Source of the DNA: Octopus bimaculoides
Lineage: Eukaryota
DNA length: 57,480 nt
Reading direction: 5' to 3'
Assembly: GCF_001194135.2 (NCBI RefSeq)
Contig: NC_068984.1
Span: 132,701,446-132,758,925 of the forward strand
Shown here: positions 25,012 through 36,260 of the stretch, piece by piece
Position numbering within the stretch: the first letter of the stretch is position 1
Layout of the letters: the number at the start of each line of letters is the position of its first letter
Notes under the pieces: model-generated
The model's database searches: none
What the model was told of the DNA's origin: nothing
The model's input: only the letters and a program-made list of their open reading frames with translations
Made by a program: the position numbers and the translations under genes

Positions 25012-25673
25012 GTAAGTCTATTTTCTCTTTAGATTAAGATTGACTTGAATGTTAGTGTTTAGTCACACTCAACCCCCTTTTAATACAGCAAATCTATGAT
25101 TAAAGGGGCACTAGCTATGACAAAACTAATTTTTTATTCAGACCTAGTGATTCTGCAATATTGTCCCCTTTTTGTGCTGTTAAAAGTAATGCTTGCCTAT
25201 TCACATTGTCTTGAATTAATCATGCATTATCTCGTGGCTTTGATGAGGAAACTGTTAATTTTTAGAATGATATTGTAGGATTATTGTAAGATCCTAAATC
25301 AGGTCATCATCATCATCGTTTAATGTCTGCTTTCCATGGTAGCATGGGTTGGACGATTTGACTGAGGAAAGGGTAAGTCGATNNNNNNNNNNNNNNNNNN
25401 NNNNNNNNNNAGTGCTCAACTGGTACTTATTTTATTGCCCCCTCTAAAGGATGAAAGGCAAAGTCAACACACAATGGCTTCTCTGTTTCCATCTACCAAA
25501 TGCACACACAAGGCTTTTGTCAGCCTGGGGCTATAGAAAAAAACACACTTGCCCAAAGTGCCATGTAGTGGGTCTGAACCCAGAGTGGTTAGAAAGTAAA
25601 CTTAACCATACAGCCACACCTGATCAAATACATTCATTCAAATGTTATGTAATCATTTTTCTTTCTTTTTTAG

Positions 25674-25703
25674 GCTGAAGATGGTGAAGAGAAGCAGAAA
25701 AAG
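25674..25703 (+). CDS. AT-hook protein coding exon 7 (AEDGEEKQKK)
   Basis: CTTTCTTTTTTAG|GCT...AAG|GTATTG; 30 nt, phase 0/0. Confidence 0.85.
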
Positions 25704-25864
25704 GTATTGAAGTTTCCCTTTTAACCTCTTTCAGTTTCTTTTTGGGAAATTTTCTTTTTTATGTTGAGGGAGGTGTTACAATCACAATTTGGTGTTTGTC
25801 ATTTTGCCATTACTATTGAAGGCCAGATTAGATAAGATTAATGTGAATGTATGATTTGTTTTAA

Positions 25865-26084
25865 ACCATTCGTTACTGTATTTATTTTGAGATGCTCTCT
25901 GTTTCTTTCAATTACTTTAAATATAACAAAAAATTTAGTAAAATAACTTAGTTATCATTCAGCTATTGTTAAGCACATAAATTGTGACTAAGGTTTGGTG
26001 GAAGATTTTAATTCAAAACTTATGAAAACAAGACATTTGCACTCAGAGCCAGAGCCGGTTTCAGCCGGGTTAGTAACGAAAGGG
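25865..26084. mobile_element. TTAA-flanked MITE (piggyBac-type), family 1
   Basis: TTAA-ACCATTCGTTAC ... GTAACGAAAGGG-TTAA; a related degenerate copy lies at about 16320-16610. Confidence 0.7.
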
Positions 26085-26197
26085 TTAAATGTCTTTTTGG
26101 TACTTGATTACGTATAAGATAGAGCACTGAATTTCATAGTTTTGGAGAAGTGTTGTTCTAATTTATATATCCTGTGTTAACCATTTCTTTCTCTCAG

Positions 26198-26245
26198 GTA
26201 ACTGGGCGTGGACAGAAGAAACCGGGAAGGCCCAAGAAACAATAA
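26198..26245 (+). CDS. AT-hook protein coding exon 8 (VTGRGQKKPGRPKKQ*; hook 5)
   Basis: TTTCTCTCAG|GTA...CAA TAA|GTAAGA; 48 nt; stop codon abuts the donor. Confidence 0.88.
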   Translation, partial: VTGRGQKKPGRPKKQ

Positions 26246-26657
26246 GTAAGACATTTCAGTAATTTTATTAAAACACTATCATACATTGAACTTTTCGGTT
26301 ATTTCAAAGTGACATGTTTGGTCAATTCTCCTGTATTTCTCTCACGCTTTTTTATAATTAAAAAAAAGATATACATGTTTCAGGTTTTGTAAGAGTGACT
26401 CTGAAATGAGTTTTGAATGCAGTAAGTAAAAAAAATTAATAAATAGAAATCAAGTGTGAATCATAGTGGACTTTGAACTGGATTTTCTGTTTTCAAGTGT
26501 GTAAACAATATTTGGCAAAATATTTCCATCAATCCATCTATTTTCTCCACCCACTATTTATGGGAAGCAACCATCAATTCTTGGTTAATCCCAAAATTAA
26601 GATTTACGATTTACTGGTTTAAATCCTTTCTACAAAGACTTATTGATGGCAATTTAA

Positions 26658-26878
26658 CCATTTAGCAATCAGATTACTCTGTTAAACACAATGCTTATTT
26701 ATTCACATTGTTTTGTATTAATCATGCATTATCTCATAGCTTTGAGGTTTCAAAGAGGTGATTGTTTATTTTTAGAATGACATTGTAGGGTAGGTGAGAG
26801 AGCCTGGATCTGGCCAGTTTCAATGTCGAAACAGGTAGAATATTTGGGCCAGATATGGCTGGTTTAAATGTTAAAGGG
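26658..26878. mobile_element. TTAA-flanked MITE, family 2
   Basis: TTAA-CCATTTAGCA ... TGTTAAAGGG-TTAA; inverted copy at 54853-55076 and partial copy at about 25150-25300. Confidence 0.7.
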
Positions 26879-27334
26879 TTAAGGAGCCATCATCTTTTAA
26901 CCTCCAGCTTCCATGCTGGCAAAGACCAGATAATTTGACACGATCTGACAGGTCCAAGGGCTACTTCATGCTTCAATATCTGCTTTGGCTTATGTGACTT
27001 TTAATTTGCAGAAAATTCAAACTCTTTTTCTCATAGTGATAAAAAAACCTTCCTTCCATGAACATTTGATATACAACTTCAGTTATTAATTAGATCAGAT
27101 TACTAAAGATTTATCTTCATATAATGATTTCAAAAGGTAATTAACAAGAGAACATGAGACTTTTTCCTCGTGGTGATTCTGCATGATAGAAGAATCATAA
27201 ATTAGTTGCTAAAATGTAATGTTAAGAAATGGATGAGTGAGTTAAATAATAATTTGTTTATGACTATGTTGTCTCCTTCCATTGTACTGAGAATTCATAA
27301 AGTAAAATGTTTGTGTTTTTGTTTTTGTTTTCAG

Positions 27335-27460
27335 GATCCCTTTAAATACATCTGTCTGAATAATGCTAGGAGCAGTATGTTGGCATCAAAAGACTTCTCA
27401 TCTTCATCTATATCACCTAATAGTCTTACATCACCTAAGTCGGGTCCAAGAATGGACTGA
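27335..27460 (+). CDS. Terminal exon of the AT-hook gene: 3' UTR, or in-frame alternative C-terminus (DPFKYICLNNARSSMLASKDFSSSSISPNSLTSPKSGPRMD*)
   Basis: Strong acceptor TTTTTGTTTTTGTTTTCAG| at 27334; 41 open codons in phase 0. Confidence 0.45.
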   Translation, partial: DPFKYICLNNARSSMLASKDFSSSSISPNSLTSPKSGPRMD

Positions 27461-29249
27461 AGCCTTTTTTAAAAACTTGGCTGTGTGCAAGTGACTGTGT
27501 GTGTATGCATGCAATTTGACTGTTTTCAATTCCAGTTCATATATAAGAATCTTTTATTCAAAATATGCACTATTTTCATCCTTTTAGCTAAATTTAAAAA
27601 AAAAAAAAAATCAGATAAACTCTGCTGGCATAGCTCTGGTATAGCATCATCCTCATCATCATCAGATACACTGTTTGCTGATCAGAGTTTATGCTGCATA
27701 ACTTAGAATGCAACAGATATCTGAGGTAATTAGTTTGTTAATCACTGGCATGTTATTGTTCATCTGCTTAGAACAAACAGTAACATAAAATGTGAAAACT
27801 AATGCACTGCCATCAACCCTTCCCATTAGAAAATCTAGTATTTTATTTTCCCTCTTGATTTGTTTTTATAGATAACCTGTCCATTTTGATTGATTTATAT
27901 AATAAATTAATTCTTANNNNNNNNNNNNNNNNNNNNNNNNNNNNNNNNNNNNNNNNNNNNNNNNNNNNNNNNNNNNNNNNNNNNNNNNNNNNNNNNNNNN
28001 NNNNNNNNNNNNNNNNNNNNNNNNNNNNNNNNNNNNNNNNNNNNNNNNNNNNNNNNNNNNNNNNNNNNNNNNNNNNNNNNNNNNNNNNNNNNNNNNNNNN
28101 NNNNNNNNNNNNNNNNNNNNNNNNNNNNNNNNNNNNNNNNNNNNNNNNNNNNNNNNNNNNNNNNNNNNNNNNNNNNNNNNNNNNNNNNNNNNNNNNNNNN
28201 NNNNNNNNNNNNNNNNNNNNNNNNNNNNNNNNNNNNNNNNNNNNNNNNNNNNNNNNNNNNNNNNNNNNNNNNNNNNNNNNNNNNNNNNNNNNNNNNNNNN
28301 NNNNNNNNNNNNNNNNNNNNNNNNNNNNNNNNNNNNNNNNNNNNNNNNNNNNNNNNNNNNNNNNNNNNNNNNNNNNNNNNNNNNNNNNNNNNNNNNNNNN
28401 NNNNNNNNNNNNNNNNNNNNNNNNNNNNNNNNNNNNNNNNNNNNNNNNNNNNNNNNNNNNNNNNNNNNNNNNNNNNNNNNNNNNNNNNNNNNNNNNNNNN
28501 NNNNNNNNNNNNNNNNNNNNNNNNNNNNNNNNNNNNNNNNNNNNNNNNNNNNNNNNNNNNNNNNNNNNNNNNNNNNNNNNNNNNNNNNNNNNNNNNNNNN
28601 NNNNNNNNNNNNNNNNNNNNNNNNNNNNNNNNNNNNNNNNNNNNNNNNNNNNNNNNNNNNNNNNNNNNNNNNNNNNNNNNNNNNNNNNNNNNNNNNNNNN
28701 NNNNNNNNNNNNNNNNNNNNNNNNNNNNNNNNNNNNNNNNNNNNNNNNNNCAATTACTTATGCATACGCTTTATTTTCACATAGTAGTGTCTCCATTTTA
28801 ATTTCAAATTTGCTTGCAGTATTCCTTATTTCAATTTTTAACTTCCTCTCAATTTTGTAATGCTTAACTTTGCTGCTTTTTTTTAAAGTCAGTGCAAGCA
28901 ATAGGAAGTGATTTATTGCAGTTAGACAATATTTAAGCAGTGACTCTCATTAATTTTTTTTTTAAATAATAAAGACAAAAAAATACCTTAGAACCAGTTT
29001 CTCACTGGATTTTAATTGTAAGATATAGTTTTAATTTTGTTTTGCTTTTAAAGTCCATTGCCAAACTATTTTTAATTTCAAGAATGTCTTGTTTATCAAG
29101 CTGTACAGGAAATCAATGTTATTTTTATTTGATACAAGGGTTTTTAGATTGTATTCATTTTCAAGATTTCATTAAAAAAAATTAGATTTCTACAAACAGC
29201 AGTATTTTGTTGTTGCTTGTGTTTAATTGATAATTTTTAACTAGTTAAT

Positions 29250-29450
29250 GATACATCATTTTAATGTCTGCTTTTCCATGCTTGCATGGCTCAGACAAAA
29301 TTTACTGAGGTAGATTTTCTATGGCTGGATGCTCTTCCTGTTGCCAACCTTCGACTGTTTCCAAGCAGCGTAATATTTCCCCCATACCCAGATATGTTCT
29401 TGCAGCAACACCTCATTCGCAACTACCACATAATATTAAGACAAGGATAG
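29250..29450 (-). mobile_element. SINE-like family D
   Basis: ATCATTTTAATGTCTGCTTTTCCATGCTTGCATGG...TGTTTCCAAGCAGCGTAATATTTCCCC. Confidence 0.75.
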
Positions 29451-29499
29451 ACGGGGTGGGTTCACATGTGTGCATGCGCACACACACACACACAAACAC

Positions 29500-30390
29500 G
29501 TGATAGGTTTCTTTCAGTTTCTTATTTCTTTACTGCCCACAAGGGGCTAAACACAGAGGGGACAAACAAGGACAGACAAAGGGATTTAGTCGATTAAATC
29601 GTCCCAGTGTGTAACTGGTGCTTCATTTATCGACCTAACGTTTCTGCCAACTCGCCGCTTTTCTTTCAGTTTCTGTCTACCAAGTCCATTCACAAAGCTT
29701 TGGCTGGCCTTGGGCTTTGCTCAATATGCCACACAATGGGACTGAAACCAGAACCATGTAGTTGAGAAGTAAATTTCTTACCACACAGCCATGCCTGTAC
29801 CTACAAGTGTGTTAATGTTGAACAAAACAAAAGGATTTCGCTTGCAAGTAAAATTGTTAAACAAAGGTATCTTTCAACATGGCAGCAAAGAGTTTATACT
29901 TCATTATCCAGTGTAATTACTGAAATCATATTGTCAATTTTTCAGATTGAACAGCAAGTTATTCACTTTGCAACTTTGTGGTTTTAGGGTCAGTCCGACC
30001 GCATGGCACCTTCAGTAAGTGTCTCCTGCTATAGTTCCAGACCAAATAATTCTTTGAGTAAATGTAGTAGATGGAAATTTCCTAGCCATATGGTTCCGGG
30101 TACAGTTTCACTGCTTGGCACTTTGGGCAAGTGTCCTGTACTATAGCTTTGGGCCTACCAGGTCCTTGTGAGTGAATTTGTTAGATAAAAACTGAAAGAA
30201 GCCTCTGTGTGTGTGTATCTATCCTCCACCACCATCCTACAACTGGTGTTGGTGAATTTGTGTCCCCATAACTTAGTGGTTCAGCAAAAGAGACTAAGTT
30301 TACAAAAATATAAGTGCTGATGTTGATTCACTCACAGTGCCACAGCATGGCCACAGTCTAATGACTGAAACAAATAAAAAGACAGAAAAA
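29500..30390. mobile_element. Cluster of SINE family B fragments (both orientations)
   Basis: Minus-strand head/core at about 29660-29800 and plus-strand fragments at about 30060-30390. Confidence 0.65.
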
Positions 30391-31224
30391 GATAGGCATT
30401 GTAAGATGTGGGTATGATTGTATGATTTCGGAGATTGCTTTGTAACCATGTTGTTAGGTGCTTCATCCTTCTGTGTAGCACCCTCAGCAAATGTCTTCAA
30501 CTATAGCCTCAGGGTGACCAAATTTCTTGAGTGAAATTTGATTTGCAGAAACTGTACAAAAGCCTGTTGTTTAAACATTCATACATATATTTTGGTGTGT
30601 TTCTGCACATCTTCACTGGGTGAGTTAAAATGGTGACTGTTTACATCTATGATTATTACATCCCATAGATTGGTGGTTTCAGCATATATAAAAACCGGTG
30701 AAATAAAAGGAAAATTTTATTTTAAAAGCAAGTATTCGTTGGCAACAGGAAGAGAGCATTCATCTGTAAAATGTTACTTCATTAAACTCACATTCAAACC
30801 ATTTGCCAAAATTTAACCCTTTCAAAGCCATATTGATGATGAAATACACAGGTTGTGATTTTCAATTCAATGAAGAATTTGGTATGAAGTTTATCTTAAA
30901 ACTAGGGCTTGAAATTTAAAGGTAGGATATTTAACATTCGTGTACATAAACAACAGAATGCATACTGAGAAAAGGGCGAACTATAAAAAGAATCACATGT
31001 AGCATGCAAATGACTAGAGAAAACTGACATGGAGGAGGAGGGCCGTTAGATAAAAGAGTGCAAATGGAAGAATCATGTAGATTACATGAGAAGTGGTGAA
31101 AGTTAATCTCCAGAGGCTGAACTTCACTGAGATGGAGAAAGGACTACAAGTAGCATGATGTGCTAGAAGAGACCTATCAAAGTACAACATGCAATCATGG
31201 AAAGGTGGACTCGATATATATATT

Positions 31225-31435
31225 GATTTTAAATTTTGGCACAAGGCCAGCAATTTCAGGAGGAGCTAAGTTGATTACATCAACGCCAGTGCTCAACTGG
31301 TACTTATTTTATGGACCCCAAAAAGATGAAGGGCAAAGTTGACCTTGGTGGAATTTGAAATTAGAATGTAAAGAAGGATGAAATGCCACTGAGCTTTTTT
31401 GCTTGGTGTGCTAATGATGCTACCAGCTCACTGCT
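31225..31435 (-). mobile_element. SINE family N
   Basis: TTTTGGCACAAGGCCAGCAATT...CTGGTACTTATTTTAT.GACCCC.AAAGATGAAGGGCAAAGTTGACC...CCAGCTCACTGC. Confidence 0.8.
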
Positions 31436-31735
31436 TCAGTGGACTTGAAATATTGATAATTTCTATCAAGAAGTCACACAATACACCACAGCAGTTTATA
31501 GTACATCAGTCAGCCTACTCAACCAGGATCCATGTATAATTTTGTTAAAATTTATGTGAAATAAATTGCTTATACACCTACAATACACAAAATGTTTTAC
31601 TATTTTTATACAATTCCTCATAATATTAGGAATAATACAAAAGGATATTTTTTTTTATATGCATCGAATGTCTATGGATGTCCAGTAGAGTAAAATAGGA
31701 ATCTAAGAGGTCCATAGGAAAAAAATGTATATATC

Positions 31736-31975
31736 TCTATATATATAAAACAGAGTTTGTGTATGTTCCTTATGGATTCGGAAACTGAGTTGCCAATTTT
31801 GATGTGTGAGGTATCAAAAGATTCAGTAATCGTTTGGCTGCCAATTAAAGTGTTTTTTGTACAACTTTTTTTTTTTTTTTACTACAAAAATAACCTCAAA
31901 AACAAGGTTGGGTCCCACAATTTTGAGATCTTTAGCTAAAGGAGGCAACGCTGCCTGAACAATCTTTGTCTTAGA
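31736..31975 (+). mobile_element. Possible non-autonomous Helitron (degenerate)
   Basis: TCTATATATATAAAAC...TGTATGTTCCTTATGGATTCGGAAACTG start resembles 4425; small GGCA-ACGC-TGCC hairpin near the end; no clean CTAG. Confidence 0.4.
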
Positions 31976-33411
31976 GCATAACAAGAAAATGTTTAAAATA
32001 CATGGAGTTTTACCAGGACATGAAGCTTCGAAGCTTAGTATTATTTAGTAGATAATCTTTTGATGTGAAGTATATTTGTGTTTTGTTTAGCCCAGAGTTG
32101 TCTCTGATGTAGCAGACCTATCTTTTTTTTTTTTTATTCTTGCATCGTGTTCCACTATTGGTACACAGTATAAATTTTAAAAAACTGATATTTTAATGAA
32201 CTCAGTCATTATTATACATGATTTATGTTTTAGAAATGAAGGATAATAACTAGATTTTGCAAATTTATAACATATTCCTGTTTTATTATCAAAACTTATC
32301 AATAATAATAAAGTAAAATAAATAATAAGAAAAAACAACTGAACAAGATGCTGGTGAGGCTTAATGGCTAAACTCAGAGATGTGTTTAAAGTGTTAAGAA
32401 CCATGTTAAAATTATTAACTTATATCATAGGAACATTAGGCAGTTATATGGGATTGCAACAGTAAACTTCCAATGCATGTAAGGATTGAACCAACAAGAA
32501 TTGGCAGAATGAAGTTCTGGTGGCCAAACACTTGTTTGTAGATGAATTGCTGCCAAAACTATTCCTTTGCATCCCACTGAATGCAAGAGTACTACCTGTT
32601 TCATCAAAGCAACAAGGCCACCAGACTGGTAATGCATTCTTCATTATCTTCAAACAAACCATTCTAAAGCTTGGTCTTTAATTGCTCATTCTCATCTGAC
32701 TCCACAGAGATATAACCCAATCAGTGTATTCCATTCCCTCATAGAAGAACAACTTGAGCCAGCCAATTACTGTCCTGCCACACTCTTCATATGTAAAAAG
32801 TGAGGGAAACAGCTCCAATATCTTAAAACTCTCTCTTCCTTTTTAAAGACCACCAATATGGCTTTCATAAAACCAGGTCTACTGTAGACCTCTCTTGTGT
32901 CACCAGTGACTCACTCTCAAAAAATTTGGTGAATAATGCTGTTTTGTCTTTAACATTATCAATGCTTGGCAGTGAAATTCCTGTCAGTTGTGCTTTCATG
33001 GGTTCCATCCATCTCTCAACTCTTGAATCAATGGTTTCCTGTCAGATCATACTACTGCAATGGACTGATGTAGTTCTCTCTGACCCACATTCTGTCAACT
33101 TGAGCATGCTCTAGACTCCGGTTTCTTCCTCCTGTACATTCAAGATTTACTTGCCATCACCTTCTGCAACACACACTAAACTTTCACTCAGCCTAAACCT
33201 AAAAGAATAAAATGGAGGAGAGTAGCAAGAAAAACAGCCTTATCTGTTGGTGTGTTGAGGACTCGGTAACAATATTTTGGAAAAGAAATAAAAGTAATAA
33301 AAAAAATAACTTAATTTAGTAGTTTGTCCAATTAACTATTTGAAAATAAATGCCATCCACTTGGTGGCAGTGTAATATCCCTAACGTGTATTTATCTTTT
33401 TAGCACTCCAA

Positions 33412-34609
33412 TATGAGGATTAGCTGAAATGTTCATAGGTTGACCCAGATACTATTATAGAATGTGACCAAATGAGGTTTATTTTTCAACATTGTCCCCT
33501 TTGTGGTCCACACACTTCCATTGGATCCCATCAGCGAAGAAGCTTTTATCCTATTGGGCAAAAAAGTCATCAGCAGCCTATATGACTTCATTAGTGCGAT
33601 ACTAGTTCCCAGCCAAGTGTTTTTTCATGTCAGGGAACATGGGGGCCAAATCAAGAGAATAGGGAGGGTGATCAATCAGTTTAAAGCCACAATTGCAGCA
33701 ACCATTGAAACCAAGGACTTGTGTGCTGGGACATTGTCCTCATGAAACCAAACCTCTTCCGTCAGTTTCCCTGCACATTTGGTCTTGAGAACCTTTCGTA
33801 ACTACCTCAGAAATTTGGCATGGTACCCACCATTGATGGTGTAGCCCTTTTGAAAATAATTTTGCATCCCCAAAAAACTGAGGCCATTACCTTCTCTGTA
33901 GATAAACAACCATGGCTTTTTGGGAGCAGGTGAAGAGAGGTGTTTCCACTGAATAGATTGTCTCTGGTTCAAAGTGATGAAGCCAACACTCATCCTGGCT
34001 TAGGAAACGCTCAAAGAAACTAGCTGGATCTGCCTTAAATAATGTCAGATTTTCGTCTGATATGATCAGCCAGGTGTGCTTTTGATCAGGTGTCAGTAGA
34101 GTGACATCTACCAAGCTCATTATTCAGAGCATTCTCAACTCTCTCACAAGATATGCTAGTAGCATTGGCTATCAATCACATGTCATCCGTCACTATGAGT
34201 TAAACATGATCAATATTTTCTTTAGTGGTGGCAGTTGCAGGACGTCCAGGCTTTGGGTCAACTTCGAGACTCTCCCTTCTCCTCCCAAAATCAGCTGCCC
34301 ACTTATGTACTGTTGATAAAGCTGGAGTATCATACCCTCATACAGCAACAATGTCACCATGAATGTCGTCAGCGGCTAAAACGTTTTACCACAGGTGCAG
34401 GATAACAACACAATACCAAATTTTGTCCATTTTCAAAAGTTGCTGCCAGTTACTTTTGAAGTATTCTTTGAACAGTCAGATATCATTTTACTTGGAAAGA
34501 AGCAATACAACTATTAATAAAATGTGTTGAAATTAATGCATGCGATATTCTACAGCTCTTGCATCACTTCTTTATAGTCAGCTTATGAAGTTATAAGACC
34601 ACCCTCGTA
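33412..34609 (-). mobile_element. Degraded mariner transposon (about 1.2 kb)
   Basis: Minus-strand QDECWLHHFEPET, WFHEDNVPAHKS and HPPYSLDLAP catalytic motifs; degenerate TIRs TATGAGGA...TTCATAGGTTGAC and TACGAGGG...TTCATAAGCTGAC. Confidence 0.85.
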
Positions 34610-35084
34610 TTATAAAAAGTAAATGAAAGTTTAGCGTTCGTACGACTGAAGTGCAATAGTCAAATTGATTCCGAAGGAATCCAAACATTCTTCCCCCATT
34701 CTTGAATTAGTTCTAGTTCGGTTTATCGTATCCTTTAACCGTTTAGGTCATTGCGATGTCACTCAGACCTGTTTTTGCGGTGGTATAACTAAGGAAAACC
34801 AACTTTATTCCTCTACATAGAAAGATTAAAATGAAACTCTCGTCCAAATTCGGACGAGCTATTTGAATTGTATGCTTTAGTCCTCTTTCACAAGACAGTA
34901 GTGGTAATAGGAGACGAAGTGTCGATGTCTCATTTGGTTACACGATCACGCAATGTGAGACTCGTATTAATGTCATCTACTGTCATTTTGCAACCCATTA
35001 CTTTTAAAAAGGTGAATTTGTAAGATAGTCAGGATTATGTCCCTTGATCAAGGTAGATAATCAACATAAACGACATTCAGCAAC

Positions 35085-35243
35085 ATGGCTTCTAAAGCTG
35101 GGAGAAAATTTGGGAAAGCTGTTTCTATGGCTGGTAAACAAGTTATGGATAAAAGTAAGCAGAAACAACCTCAGATCTTAAAACCTACTATACCATGTGG
35201 CAAAGCTGTAGCTGCTCCGCCATTAGGACCTCAACTCGGGCAG
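35085..35243 (+). CDS. MRPL11: Mitochondrial ribosomal protein L11 (uL11m), exon 1
   Basis: MASKAGRKFGK...IPCGKAVAAPPLGPQLGQ|GTAAAT; L11 'PPLGP.LGQ' motif. Confidence 0.95.
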
Positions 35244-35769
35244 GTAAATCTCAGACTATAGTCAAGGTTGTTTAAGGGCACATGTATAAATATCGGTCGT
35301 ATTTTTGTTTTCCCCTTTTATTTAGATAGCAGTTTGAATAATTCGAAAAGATACATTGAAAACAGTACACAAGTTAAAGCTATTTATGTTTAAGTGGACT
35401 TCGTTGAATATTGTTTTTGCTTTGTTTACTGTCAATAATTCGAAGTCAACTTTGCCTTTCACCCCATTCATAGTCCTGTATCGGCTAAACTAAGGGCCCT
35501 GGCACAATTTCACTTTTCGTATCAACTGCATCAACCCTTCCCTCCGAAAAAATGTCTGTGTCAGAAATGCAAATAAGTAGTGCAACTGTAGTTACACATA
35601 ATTTCATACTAGCGATGCAGGTATTAGTTGAGACTAAAAGAAAAAAAACATTGCGTATTTCTAGGGTTCTGGTTCGGTTTCGATTTCCGTTTGGAATTAT
35701 CTCCTTAGGACGTCACTTGATATAGTAATTTGAAACATCAATTATCTACCAGAGAATGTTTGGGAGACC

Positions 35770-35974
35770 GGTACTACTAAAGCAGCGCGGACCCGAACGC
35801 GCTAGCTAGTCTTGAGTGGTCGATCCTAACCCTAACCCTATCCCTAACCCTGTCCCTAACCCTAACCCTAACCCTATCCCTAACCCGCGTGTGCAAATGA
35901 ATACGTGTTTAGGGTTAGGGTTAGGATCGACCACTCACGACTAGCTAGTGCGGACGCGCTGCTTTAGTAGTACC
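35770..35974. mobile_element. 205-bp fold-back MITE with 9-bp TSD and inverted telomeric repeats
   Basis: TSD TGGGAGACC (35761-35769 and 35975-35983); 20-bp perfect TIR GGTACTACTAAAGCAGCGCG; inner IR about 39 bp with 1 mismatch; (CCCTAA)n left, (TTAGGG)n right. Confidence 0.9.
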
Positions 35975-36260
35975 TGGGAGACCTTAATCAGAAACTGTTC
36001 ATTTTTAACCTGGTGTCCCAAAGCGAACCAAAATAACAATGGATGTAAGATTTCTTTTATTTCTCTTATTGCATTTCTTTAATGTTGTATGAATGAGTAT
36101 GCGTGTATGGTGGAAGTACCATTCTGTCTATAGATTTCATAACTTATTTTCTTGTAACAGAGTGTGTTTAAACTAAATTCAACAGTTTAGCAATTCCTCT
36201 GCTATTGTGATCTCTTTTGATCGTTGTATACTATAATCTTAATGTTTCTGTTTTCTACAG

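Noticed and set aside
27886-28860. 324-aa and 279-aa ORFs
   Set aside because: Almost entirely N gap.
35825-35925. True telomere or chromosome-fusion scar
   Set aside because: Arrays are short, face inward in end-like rather than fusion polarity, and are enclosed by TIRs and a TSD.
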